Assembly: GCA_002269645.1 (NCBI GenBank)
Contig: NIVC01000709.1
Location: 372,001 to 436,000, forward strand
Length of the DNA: 64,000 bases
Direction of reading: 5' to 3'
Source of the DNA: Macrostomum lignano
Lineage: Eukaryota
In this document: one piece after another, positions 1-23,226 of the stretch
Layout: the number at the start of each line of letters is the position of its first letter
Numbering within the stretch: the stretch's first letter is position 1
Translations under genes and position numbers: made by a program
The notes under the pieces: model-generated
Told to the model about the DNA's origin: nothing
The model's input: the letters and a program-made list of their open reading frames with translations, nothing else
The model's database searches: none

Positions 1-12
1 TCCCTTGGCCAG

Positions 13-8128
<8,116 letters not shown>

Positions 8129-8634
8129 GGCTTTTTGGATAATTTCTGCAACTCGGAAGAAGTCGGTTGAGATGAAGAGAAGCCTGCAAAGTAACTGTTG
8201 AGTAGTTAGACGTGGCCCTAGTCTTTACATTAATAACTTTGCTAACAAACACGATATTCTGTTTTATCTGGAGCGCCCGCTATGCTACTCACGGCAGTAG
8301 TGGCTGCTCATATTTTACACAATTCCTGTTGTCTAGTCAGAATTTTAAACGATATCTTCTTTATCCCGTGTTTACTAAATGTTTTTATTCAACTTTTTCC
8401 TGTTTTTTTCATTTTTCAACTACTATTTTGCACTACTATTAGTAGTGCGCGGCAACGCTTTACTCTATTCCATTCGAATTTGTTTGTTAGCTTATTTTGA
8501 GCACTGCTGTGCACACTCGTAGCCGCTTGCGTGTGCCCAGCTCTGGTCATTTTCAGAAAGCGGGCACTTCTGACCTGTTAACTCGAATCCCTGAACTATT
8601 CGTGGATTTAATCCACTGTGTTCATCCAACCCGA

Positions 8635-9100
8635 ATCCCCATGCAAATCCCCACTTAGATCCTCACTCAAGTCCACTCAAATCCCCACTCAAATCCCCAC
8701 TCGAATCCCCACTCAATCTCCACTCAAATCCTCACTCAAATCCCCACTCAAACCTCCACTCAAATCCTCACTCAAATCCCCACTGGAATCCTACTTAAAT
8801 CTCAACACAAATCCCATTTAAATCCCCACTCAAATCCCATTTAAATCCCCACTCAAATCCCATTTAAATCCCCACTCAAATCCCATTTAAATCCCCACTC
8901 AAATCCCATTTAAATCCCCACTTAAATCCCATTTAAATCCCCACTCAAATCCCATTTAAATCCCCACTCAAATCCCATTTAAATCCCCACTCAAATCCCA
9001 TTTAAATCCCCACTCAAATCCCATTTAAATCCTCACTCAGATCCTCATCTAAATCCCCATTGAAATCCCGACTCAAATCCCCACCCTAATCCCACTGGAA
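8635..9100. repeat. 23-bp compound repeat (AAATCCCCACTCAAATCCCATTT) downstream of CHC
   Basis: Direct inspection. Confidence 0.92.
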
Positions 9101-9794
9101 TCCCGCTCTGCTCAAAGCCCATATCGCGGAGTCAGTCGCATTGATCGAGTATTGAACATTTGGTTTGCATTGAATAAATCCTATTGAATCAAAACATTTT
9201 TAGGCTCACAGCGGTTCTCAATCCTACTCAAGTCAACGATAACCGTGCGTGCCCGAAAGCACATCCGTGTCTCGAGCCCAGTCTGTGATCAAGTCTGTCT
9301 GCAGTTTTCAGTTTTGTCTTTTTTCTCCGTCTGTTTCTGAGCCCTTTGCACAAATTTATTCACTGGCTATTTTATTTATTTAAACTCATTTTCCATTTTT
9401 TCTATATATCATTTTTATCTCACTGACCGCAGTCGGACTTCATGCATAATATTAACTAAGTAGTAAATATGGTATATTGTAGTACAGAAGTTGAGATCCG
9501 TTGATTATCTGAGCACTCCTGTACTCTGTTATTAATTAGGCTTTGCAGTCAGCTCTGGCAAATCATTTCTGCTCAGCGCAGCCCTTCGAGTCCCCACTGC
9601 TCATTAATCCCTGTTTATTCACATTTTTCGTTGGTATAGGCACCTGCTAATCCGCAGTAATTAACTGATAGTAGCAACTGACTGAATATGATGAACTAGT
9701 CTGAATAAATTGCATAGCCATAGCCTACATTGCTGAATAGACATTTTTTAATAGCGTAACTGCTGCGGACACTGCCTGCGTCAGGCTCTTTTAC

Positions 9795-12005
<2,211 letters not shown>

Positions 12006-12632
12006 GTCTTTGAGGCCAGCTTCCCAGTGGGAGGCAGTAAAGTTATGAGAGCAGCAATATCTGTGCAAATTAAATTGATGAATTTGCTGCCACTCAATGA
12101 GTCCCAATCAGCCCTCCCCAAGGCAAAATTTTAAATTATTCATAAACTCGCCTTTTTTGTTGATAAAAAAATACATTCAATTTTTTTGCCTCTGCCACAT
12201 TACGATGATATTATCAAGTATTTTAATCGGCCAAACGTCAAGGACCACTGGGCTGTTTAACACTTGGACTGCATGGTCGCACGTCAAAGGCAGGCAAACG
12301 GTGCGTGTCCAATCCAGGTGTGTATAAATTATTGGTGTCCACGGCATGCCCATTCAACTTGTCAAAAATATATCATTATTTCTGGTCGCCCCCCGCCCCC
12401 CTGAGCCACCCACACGTGAAGTGTACAGGGAGACAGGATTGACTTTGCAGCCTATGACAGAAATTGCGTGCTGCGGTTGCCATAGTAACTGGGCTACACT
12501 GGTTCAGCGTATTTGATATACCGGTAGATATAGTGGGGAAAGGAGCTGGCTGTCATCCTACAAAGTTTCCGTAAAGCATAAATAAACACGAGGAACCCTT
12601 GCCGCATTGCTAAAGCAGTACTGCAGGTTGAG

Positions 12633-14621
12633 ATGAGGATTGGTAAGTGAATAAAAAATTCGCTGGTTACGAACACGGATGTCACTGGTTAGACAAGAAA
12701 GTCACTGGTTAGATAGGGAGGTCACTTGTTAGACAAGAAAGTCACTGGTTAGATAGGGAGGTCACTGGTTAGACAAGAAAGTCACTGGTTAGATGGGGAG
12801 GTCACTGGTTAGACAAGAAAGTCACTGGTTAGATGGGGAGGTCACTGGTTAGACAAGAAAGTCACTGGTTGATAGGGAGGCCACTAGTCAAACAATAAAT
12901 CACTGGTTAGACAAGGGATTCACTGGTTAGACAAGGAAGTCACTGGTTAGATAAGGTAGTCACTGGTTAGGCAGGGAAATCACTGGTTAGATAGGGATGT
13001 CACTGGTCAGACAAGGAAGTTACTGGTTAGACAAGAAAGTCCCTGGTTATACAGGGGGTCACTGGTTAGATAGGGAGGCGACTAGTCAAACAAGGAAGTC
13101 ACGTGGTTAGATAGGGTAGTCACTGGTTAGACAAGGAAGTCACTGGTTAGACAAAGAAGTCACTGGTTAGACAAGGAAGTCACTGGTTAGACAAGGAAGT
13201 CACTGGTTAGACAAGGAAGTCACTGGTTAGACAAGGAAGTCACTGGTTAGACAAGGAAGTCACTGATTAGACAAAGAAGTCACTGGTTAGACAAGGAAGT
13301 CACTGGTTAGACAAAGAAGTCACTGGTTAGACAAGGAAGTCACTAGTTAGACAAGGAAGTCACTGGTTAGATAAGGTAGTCACTGGTTAGGCAGGGAGGC
13401 CACTGGTTAGATAGGGTAGTCACTGGTTAGACAGGGAAGTCACTGGTCAAACAAGGAAGTCACTGGTTAGACAGGGAGGTCACTGGTCAAACAGGGAAGT
13501 CACTGGTTAGATAGGGTAGTCACTGGTCAAACAAGGAGGTCACTGGTCAAACAGGGAAGTCACTGGTTAGATAGAAATGTCCCCGACAAAAGAAGACACA
13601 GGTCAAACAGCTCAAGCCAAATTCATGGCGCACACTTTCAGAACATTTCGTCTTTTGTCTCTGCCATCTCGCGGCAGCCGCTGGGCCGCCTGAGAACCTG
13701 TGGAGCCGGGTGGATGTGCAGTGCGCACCGGACATCTCTGCCGCCGCCATGTCAAGCGAGCCGACCAGCTCGATGGCCGAGTGCGCCTACAAGGCGGAGC
13801 AGAACTCCGTGCCGACGGACTTCTTAGTGGCCCAGTTCCACCGACTCGCCAGGACCTGCTCGGTGGGAAAATACTGCTCAGTTCAGCACCACCTGAGTCC
13901 CGGCCAGACTGCTGACTGCGAGGTGTACTATCGCTATCCCAGGGGCTACCGAGCCTACAATGCTAAGCTGACGGATGTCTGGCTTGCTGACGACACGTAC
14001 AGGCTGGATAACCAGCTGTGCCAGGCTGACGAGGACACGAACCGCCTGCACCCGGTGAACGTCCAGTGGACGTCTGATGGCGCCGTGTTCGACGGCACCA
14101 CCGCCTACGCCGTTCTCAACAAGTCGAGCCTGAGCTTCGCCTCCGGCCTCACCTGGCTCTTGAGGTTCAAGCGGCAGCCGCGTGACCAGCCGTTCTTTGA
14201 GTTCGCGAACTGCAGCGACATGAACCAGATTAGCGGGCACGGCGTCCACCTGTGGGAAATCTCCTCCCCCATGAGGCTGTACGCCAGGGCCAACAGGATC
14301 ACCGGGGCCCAGCTGCCCTTCGTCTACTCCGACCAGGCACTGTCACCCAGTTCGAGCTTCTGGCTCAACATCGGATTCACCGTCTCTGGAAGCGAATTCA
14401 ACCTGTTCGTGAACGACTCGTTTGTGCCGCGCTCCAGCCTGACTGAGTCTCCCGACTCCGATGCCGCCTGGGTGGACAACCAGGGCCTCTGCCTCTACCT
14501 GGGCATGCGGCTCGACCACTCCACCAATCCAAAATTCATGGGTACCTTCAGGACCATCGCCTTCGCCAACTCTAACATGACCGAGGAAGAGATTCGCGAG
14601 TTCTTCAACCTGATTGGCTGA
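12633..14621 (+). CDS. Secreted protein (329 aa): signal peptide, Cys-containing PAN/Apple-like region, C-terminal ConA-like/LamG (pentraxin-like) domain. Exons 12633-12642 and 13642-14621
   Basis: ATGAGGATTG|GTAAGT spliced to CTTTCAG|AACAT gives MRIEHFVFCLCHLAAAAG, a signal-peptide-like start, in frame with ORF 13710-14621. The C-terminal half has LamG_3-like motifs: GAVFDGTTAY, WLNIGFTV..FNLFVN, LYLG..FMG..IAF..MTEEEI. Confidence 0.75.
12683..13572. repeat. 20-bp minisatellite (GTCACTGGTTAGACAAGGAA) filling the intron of the PAN-LamG gene
   Basis: Direct inspection. Confidence 0.96.
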
Positions 14622-14629
14622 TCCCCTGA

Positions 14630-17600
14630 AGTAACTTTAGATCAGTGACTGGGGATCAGTGACTTGGGATCACTGACTTGGGATCAGTAGCTTGGGATCA
14701 GTGAATTAGGATCAGTAGCTTGGAATCAGTGACTGGGGATCAGTAGCTTGGGATCAGTGACTTGGGATCAGTGAATTAGGATCAGTAGCTTGGAATCAGT
14801 GACTGGGGATCAGTAGCTTGGGATCAGTGACTGGGGATCAGTGACTTAGGATCAGTAGCTTGGGATCAGTAGCTTGGGATCAGTGACTTAGGATCAGTAG
14901 CTTGGGATCAGTGACTTGGGATCAGTAGCTTGGGATCAGTGACTGGGGATCAGTAGCTTGGGATCAGTGACTGGGGATCAGTAGCTTGGGATCAGTGACT
15001 TGGGGATCAGTAGCTTGGGATCAGTAGCTTGGGATCAGTGACTGGGGATCAGTAGCTTGGTATCAGTGAATTAGTATCAGTAGCTTGGGATCAGTGACTG
15101 GGGATCAGTAGCTTGGGATCAGTAGCTTGGGATCAGTGACTGGGGATCAGTAGCTTGGGATCAGTAGCTTGGGATCAGTAGCTTGGGATCAGTAGCTTGG
15201 GATCAGTAGCTTGGGATCAGTAGCTTGGGATCAGTGACTGGGGATCAGTAGCTTGGTATCAGTGAATTAGTATCAGTAGCTTGGGATCAGTGACTTGGGG
15301 ATCAGTAGCTTGGGATCAGTAGCTTGGGATCAGTAGCTTGGGATCAGTGACTTGGGATCAGTAGCTTGGGATCAGTGGCTTGGGATCAGTAGCTTGGGAT
15401 CAGTAGCTTGGGATCAGTGACTTAGGATCAGTAGCTTGGGATCAGTGACTTGGGATCAGTAGCTTGAGATCAGTGACTGGGGATCAGTAGCTTGGGATCA
15501 GTGACTGGGGATCAGTAGCTTGGGATCAGTGACTTGGGGATCAGTAGCTTGGGATCAGTAGCTTGGGATCAGTGACTGGGGATCAGTAGCTTGGTATCAG
15601 TGAATTAGTATCAGTAGCTTGGGATCAGTGACTGGGGATCAGTAGCTTGGGATCAGTAGCTTGGGATCAGTGACTGGGGATCAGTAGCTTGGGATCAGTA
15701 GCTTGGGATCAGTGACTGGGGATCAGTAGCTTGGGATCAGTAGCTTGGGATCAGTGACTGGGGATCAGTAGCTTGGGATCAGTAGCTTGGGATCAGTGAC
15801 TTGGGATCAGTAGCTTGGGATCAGTGAATTAGGATCAGTAGCTTGGGATCAGTGACTGGGGATCAGTAGCTTGGGATCAGTAGCTTGGGATCAGTGACTT
15901 GGGATCAGTAGCTTGGGATCAGTAGCTTGGGATCAGTAGCTTGGGATCAGTGACTTGGGATCAGTAGCTTGGGATCAGTAGCTTGGGATCAGTAGCTTGG
16001 GATCAGTAGCTTGGGATCAGTAGCTTGGGATCAGTAGCTTGGGATCAGTAGCTTGGGATCAGTAGCTTGGGATCAGTGACTTAGGATCAGTAGCTTGGGA
16101 TCAGTGACTTGTGATCAGTGACTTGGGATCAGTGATTTGGAATCAGTGACTTGGGATCAGTAGCTTGGGATCAGTGACTTGGGATCAGTAGCTTGGGATC
16201 AGTGACTTGTGATCAGTGACTTGTGATCAGTGACGGGATCAGTGACTTGTGATCAGTGACTTGGGATCAGTGACTTGGAATCAGTGACTTGGGATCAGTA
16301 GCTTGGAATCAGTGACTTGGGATCAGTAGCTTGGGATCAGTGACTTGGGATCAGTAGCTTGGGGGATCAGTGACTTGGAATCAGCAGCTTGGGATCAGTG
16401 ACTTGGGATCAGTGACTGGGGATCAGTGACTTGTGATCAGTAGCTTGGGATCAGTGACTTGTGATCAGTAGCTTGGGATCAGTGACTTGTGATCAGTGAC
16501 TTGGGATCAGTGACTTGGAATCAGTGACTTGGGATCAGTAGCTTGGGATCAGTGACTTGGGATCAGTAGCTTGAGATCAGTGACTTGGGATCAGTAGCTT
16601 GGGATCAGTGACTTGTGATCAGTAGCTTGGGATCAGTGACTTAGGATCAGTAACTTGGGATCAGTGACTTGGAATTAGTGACTGGGGATCAGTAGCTTGG
16701 GATCAGTGACTTTGGATCAGTGACTTGGAATCAGTGACTTGGGATCAGTAGCTTGGGATCAGTAGCTTGGGATCAGTGACTTGGGATCAGTGACTTGGAA
16801 TCAGTGACTTGGGATCAGTGACTTGGGATTAGTGACTTGGGATTAGTGACTTGGGATCAGTAGCTTGGGATCAGTGACTTGGGATCAGTGACTTGGGATC
16901 AGTAGCTTGGGATCAGTGACTTGGGATCAGTGACTTGGAATCAGTGACTTGGGATCAGTGACTTGGGATTAGTGACTTGGGATTAGTGACTTGGGATCAG
17001 TAGCTTGAGATCAGTGACTTGGGATTAGTGACTTGGGATCAGTAGCTTGGGATCAGTGACTTGGGATTAGTGACTTGGGATCAGTGACTTGGGATCAGTG
17101 ACTTGGGATCAGTAGCTTGGGATCAGTGACTTAGGATCAGTGACTTGGGATCAGTGACTTAAGATCAGTGACTTGAGATCAGTGACTTGGGATCAGTGAC
17201 TTGGGATCAGTGACTTGGGATTAGCGACTTGGGATCATTAGCTTGGGATCAGTGACTTGGGATTAGTGACTTGGGATTAGCGACTTGGGATCAGTGACTT
17301 GGGATTAGTGACTTGGGATTAGTGACTTGGGATAAGTGACTTGGGATCAGTAGCTTGGGATCAGTGACTTGGGATCAGTGACTTGGGATCAGTGACTTGG
17401 GATCAGTAGCTTGGGATCAGTGACTTGAGATCAGTGACTTGGGATCAGTGACTTGGGATCAGTGACTTGAGATCAGTGACTTGAGATCAGTGACTTGGGA
17501 TCAGTGACTTGGGATCAGTGACTTGGGATCAGTAGCTTGGGATCAGTAGCTTGGGATCAGTAGCTTGGGATCAGTGACTTGGGATCAGTGACTTGGGATC

Positions 17601-17838
17601 AGTAGCTTGGGATCAGTGACTTAGGATCAGTAGCTTGGGATCAGTGACTTGGGATCAGTAGCTTGGGATCAGTGACTGGGGATCAGTAGCTTGGGATCAG
17701 TGACTTGGGATCAGTGACTTGGGATCAGTAGCTTGGGATCAGTAGCTTGGGATCAGTGACTGGGGATCAGTAGCTTGGGATCAGTGACTTGGGATCAGTG
17801 ACTTGGGATCAGTGACTTGGAGTAACTTCGGATCAGCT
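14630..17838. repeat. 14-bp minisatellite of about 3.2 kb with two main variants (GGGATCAGTAGCTT / GGGATCAGTGACTT), starting about 10 nt after the PAN-LamG stop
   Basis: Direct inspection. Confidence 0.98.
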
Positions 17839-18514
17839 GGAATAGTGTGAGATTTTTCTCGGTTGCAACCTGTGATCAAATTGAATAACGGGGCTCTCAG
17901 TAACAGCACAACAGAAGCAAATGGAACTTATTTATCAATTTTAATTCTCAAACAGTCTGCAAAAATGAGGTACAAATTATTCCTTAGTAACATCGTAGCA
18001 ACTGATCTGCAGCTGTTGCACACATTTCTGCCGCTGGCCACATGTGTCGATATTAAAATAAAAAATTTTTCTAAAGTCTGTTTATTTTTCTTATCAAAAA
18101 GCTAAAAAACTATTTTTGAACCCATTTCCAGTATCTAATTTTTTAAACAATTTAATTTAAAAACCCAATTTAAACAAGACTTTCTGGCCTGAGTAAATTT
18201 TGTTTAACTATAACTTTCGATTTGCTATCTTTTTGCATTATTGCGTATTTGTAAACTCGTTTTGAAAAAATATTGCCACGCGCAAGTACAAGTTGCTCTT
18301 TTGAAGACATTACATGTACTACCAAAGAAACTTGAAGCTTTCTATCTAATGTGTAATCCTATACAGCTCGTACTTAATTCCTCTGCTGCTGCAAAGTCAG
18401 AATAATTCAATTTACTGATAATTTAATAAATTTACAAGTCCACCTAGGTGTTGATTATGCTGTGCAATAAGCTTCTGCGTGTTTTTATATGGGGCGCTGT
18501 CACAGGGTGATCGA

Positions 18515-19080
18515 GGTGATTTCTCACGGATGATGGCTTCTCACGGGTGATTTCTCACGGATGATGGCTTCTCACAGGTGATTTCTCACGGATGATGGCT
18601 TCTCACGGATGATGGCTTCTCACGGATGATGGCTTCTCACGGATGATGGCTTCTCACGGGTGATTTCTCACGGATGATGGCTTCTCACGGGTGATTTCTC
18701 ACGGATGATGGCTTCTCACGGGTGATTTCTCACGGATGATGGCTTCTCACGGATGATGGCTTCTCACGGGTGATTTCTCACGGATGATGGCTTCTCACGG
18801 GTGATTTCTCACGGATGATGGCTTCTCACGGGTGATTTCTCACGGATGATGGCTTCTCACGGATGATGGCTTCTCACGGATGATGGCTTCTCACGGATGA
18901 TGGCTTCTCACGGATGATGGCTTCTCACGGGTGATTTCTCACGGATGATGGCTTCTCACGGGTGATTTCTCACGGATGATGGCTTCTCACGGGTGATTTC
19001 TCACGGATGATGGCTTCTCACGGATGATGGCTTCTCACGGGTGATTTCTCACGGGATAATTTCTCTTGGGTGATTTCTCA
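18515..19080. repeat. Mixed 17/14-bp repeat (GGATGATGGCTTCTCAC / GGGTGATTTCTCAC)
   Basis: Direct inspection. Confidence 0.95.
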
Positions 19081-19231
19081 CTAGGGGATTCGAAAAAAAG
19101 AGATTTTAACGTGTCTAAGTGTTGACTGCGGCCCTCAATGCTATTAAATGCGTAAAAAATTCTTAGTTTTTCTTCTTCATTTCCATGATGCAGCATGCAA
19201 AGTTGACTGAGAGGGCATCAGCCTAGCCGGT

Positions 19232-19402
19232 CCTGATTTAATAGCCTGTCCTGATTTAATAGCCTGTCCTGATTTAATAGCCTGTCCTGATATAATAGCC
19301 TGTCCTGATTTAATAGCCTGTCCTGATTTAATAGCCTGTCCTGATTTAATAGCCTGTCCTGATTTAATAGCCTGTCCTGATATAAAAGCCTGTCCTGATA
19401 TA
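19232..19402. repeat. 18-bp minisatellite (GCCTGTCCTGATTTAATA)
   Basis: Direct inspection. Confidence 0.93.
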
Positions 19403-19915
19403 ATTTACGACATGATTCGTAAATTATTTACGAATATAGACATATGTAGTAGACATGCATGTAATATGTAGCTTGAATCATGTCGCAGCCTCGGGCAATT
19501 ATAATTACATCATTGGTGAACTGCAAACTGCACAGCATCTCGACAGCTATATGGCTGGTACCTGCTGCACTGATTGCCACTTCAAAGCATCTTCATTAAC
19601 CGATGCAGCTGTGCAGCAATCTTGGCTTGTACGCTTCAGCTCTTCGGTGTTGGCGAGGCCTTCGGTGTCACGCGTTCTTCCACTAGCAGCTAAGATTATT
19701 AAGAATAGGATTTGGGATAGGTTGGGGAATCAGGATATTGCAGTGTTATCAAAGGGTGGTACAAAAAGCCACAAGTGCTTGATGACGGCATTGTAGAGAG
19801 GGCGAGTGCAGGCCGCCTTAAAAGTCTGCTTCCAGTTTAGAAGGTTTTGTCATTTGTGAGGGCGGGATTCAACTACATCTGATACTGAATAATTTCAGAT
19901 GACGCACGAGCGAGT

Positions 19916-20105
<190 letters not shown>

Positions 20106-20391
20106 TGCTTTAGTCTTTGTCTCTGTCTGTCCCCATTACCATACATTAAAGATGGGGCATCCTGTGCCACTACCCTGCAATTTAGAGCTTCAGCTGCAGC
20201 ACCGGCCATCAGCCAATAAGGATATTTTTCGCGATCGGGCACAAATCGGGTTCTCCATGTCCTTCATTCGAATGTGGCCAGTGCTTCAAAGCCTATAAAT
20301 AATTGGCTCGTCCAGAGCCGCTACTCAAAAAATCCATCCGTCTCGAAGCATAGAAATAACATTTGAAGAGCACAAAACATAAAAACGATCG

Positions 20392-20549
20392 ATGGACATC
20401 TCTGGCCTAACGGTGCCCTACAACCTCACCACCGGCAGCATGCTGCATGTTGTGCCCGGTGAGTCTTTGGGTTGCGCCTGGCAGTACTTTGAGCTGAGGC
20501 AAAAAGATGGGGGAGAAAGAGGGAGAAGAGAGAAGAAATGAAGAGAGGA

Positions 20550-20591
<42 letters not shown>

Positions 20592-23093
20592 AGAAGAGAT
20601 GGGGAGATAGAGACGAGAGAGGAGATGGGGAGAGAGAAGAGAGAAGAGATGAAGAGTGAGAAGAGAGAGGAGATGGAGAGAGAAGAGAGGGGAGATGGAG
20701 AGAGAAGAGAGAGGAGATGGGGAGAGAGAAGAGAGAAGAGATGAAGAGTGAGAAGAGAGAGGAGATGGAGAGAGAAGAGAGGGGAGATGAGGAGAGAAGA
20801 GAGAGCAGATGGAGAGAGAAGAGAGAGGAGATGGGGAGAGAGAAGAGAGAAGAGATGAAGAGTGAGAAGAGAGAGGAGATGGAGAGAGAAGAGAGGGGAG
20901 ATGAGGAGAGAAGAGAGAGAGGAGATAGGGGAGAGAAGAGAGGGGAAATGAGGAGAGAAGAGAGAGGAGATGGGGAGAGAAGAGAGAGGAGATAGGGGAG
21001 AGAAGAGAGGGGAAATGAGGAGAGAAGAGAGAGGAGATGGGGAGAGAAGAGAGAGGAGATGGGGGAGAAGAGAGAGAGGAGATGGGGAGAGAAGAGAGGG
21101 GAAATGAGGAGAGAAGAGAGAGGAGATGGGGAGAGAAGAGAGAGGAGATGGGGAGAGAAGAGAGAGGAGATGGGGAGAGAGAAGAGAGAAGAGATGAAGA
21201 GTGAGAAGAGAGAGGAGATGGAGAGAGAAGAGAGGGGAGATGAGGAGAGAAGAGAGAGAGGAGATAGGGGAGAGAAGAGAGGGGAAATGAGGAGAGAAGA
21301 GAGAGGAGATGGGGAGAGAAGAGAGAGGAGATGGGGGAGAAGAGAGAGAGGAGATGGGGAGAGAAGAGAGGGGAAATGAGGAGAGAAGAGAGAGGAGATG
21401 GGGAGAGAAGAGAGAGGAGATGGGGAGAGAAGAGAGAGGAGATGGGGAGAGAAGAGAGAGGAGATGGGGAGAGAAGAGAGAGGAGATGGGGAGAGAAGAG
21501 AGAGGAGATGGGGAGAGAAGAGAGAGGAGATGGGGAGAGAAGAGAGAGGAGATGGGGAGAGAAGAGAGAGGAGATGGGGAGAGAAGAGAGAGGAGATGGG
21601 GAGAGAAGAGAGAGGAGATGGGGAGAGAAGAGAGAGGAGATGGAGAGAAGAGAGAGGAGATGGGGAGAGAAGAGAGAGGAGATGGGGAGAGAAGAGAGAG
21701 GAGATTATATCTTGATCTCGTCCCGCCCCGGCAACCCGCAGAGGTCACCTACCCGGGCCTGGTGATCCTGTTTCTTGGCTCTGTTTTCGGCGGGATCGGC
21801 AACTCGCTGGTCATTCTGGCAGTTGTGCTGCGCCCAGTGAGTTTGGCGACAGGAGTTGTAAATTACTTTTCACTTGAACTCTTAGATTAATCTATAAGCC
21901 ATTATTAATCAATTTAGCCTGTTCGGGACCCCAAAGGAGGGGCAGCTGTGCTAGTCCACGGCACTAAAATACGAGCTATTTCATAGGAAGCTTGTGTGGA
22001 CTTACACTGTGCACTTTAGGGCCAGACAAGCTAGTCCATTAAGTATTTCGGATTTAGTCGTTAAATCGAAGACACCTGAGAACTATAGGTGCTGCGTAAA
22101 TACGTTAATCCCGCAAATCCATTTGTCAGTCGCTGCACCAGCTCAACAACTTCTTCGTGGTGAATCTGGCCGTCTCTGACCTCCTCATGACTCTGATTAT
22201 TGAGCCGTTTGGCATTGTCAGTGAGTTGCCGCTTCGGTAGATAAAGTATTGATTTTCCTCCTCATTGAGCCCCCCCCTGCAAACTGTTGCCTCAAAACTC
22301 CACGGGCCTGCTGTTCCCCATGCACCCAGGCATCTTCCACGGCCAGATCTACTACATGCAGCGGCCGGTCCTGTGCATCTTCGTGGCCTCGCTGTGCCTC
22401 ACCGCCTGCTACTGCTCCCTGCTGAGCCTGGGCGCCATCGCCATCAACCGGTACATCCACATCTGCCACCCCGCCCGCTACCGCTCAGTCTTCACCCGCC
22501 GCTCCACCCTGGCCACCTGCGCGGCCCTGTGGATCGTCAGCTTCCTGCTGGAGATGCCCAACTTCCTGGGCTGGGGCGGCCACGCCTACGACTGGAAGAA
22601 CATCACCTGCCTGTGGGACCGCCTGGCCTCCAGGTCCTACACCATCTTCTTCGGCTTCGTTGCCGTTGGCCTCCCGTGTTGCGTCATCGTCATCTGCTAC
22701 ACCCTCATCTTCCTGCGCATCCGCCAGGTTACCAAGAATGTCCAGAAACTGCAGCAGCAGCAGCAGCAGCAGAGCTTCAGCTCCTTCAGGCTGGCCAAGA
22801 CCCTCTTTCTCGTGTTCGCCGTGCTCGTCATCTGCTGGACTCCGTTCACCGTGCTGGTTGTCTTCGACCACAACAACCACCTGCCGATACACCTGCACGC
22901 GTACAGCACCTTCTTGGCGCACTCCAACTCCTCCGTCAACTTCCTGGTGTACGGCCTGACCAACCGGGAGTTCCTCAGGGGCTACCAGGAGGCTCTGCGG
23001 CGACTGGCCGCCGCTTGCCATCTTGGCGGCCGCAGCAGCAGGGTTGCCGCGGAGCCGGACCGCAACTCTGTCGCCATGCGGGAAGAAGACTGA
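20392..23093 (+). CDS. Class A (rhodopsin-like) GPCR, melatonin-receptor-like (338 aa). Exons 20392-20458, 21742-21836, 22130-22220, 22330-23093
   Basis: N-terminal NLT sequon, TM1 GIGNSLVI, TM2 NLAVSD, TM3 NRY-x-x-I-C-H (melatonin-receptor type), TM6 CWTP, TM7 AHSNSSVNFLVYGLTN. The four exons are phase-consistent and sum to 1017 nt. Confidence 0.9.
20505..21706. repeat. AG-rich repeat with an approximately 22-bp unit (TGGGGAGAGAAGAGAGAGGAGA), GPCR intron 1
   Basis: Direct inspection. Confidence 0.95.
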
Positions 23094-23095
23094 GG

Positions 23096-23096
<1 letters not shown>

Positions 23097-23132
<36 letters not shown>

Positions 23133-23135
23133 TGT

Positions 23136-23226
<91 letters not shown>

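Noticed and set aside
19455-19860. 113-aa ORF and a minus-strand FPNLSQIL peptide vaguely like a hAT dimerisation domain
   Set aside because: No further conserved motif (SERxFS is absent) and no TIR or TSD was found.
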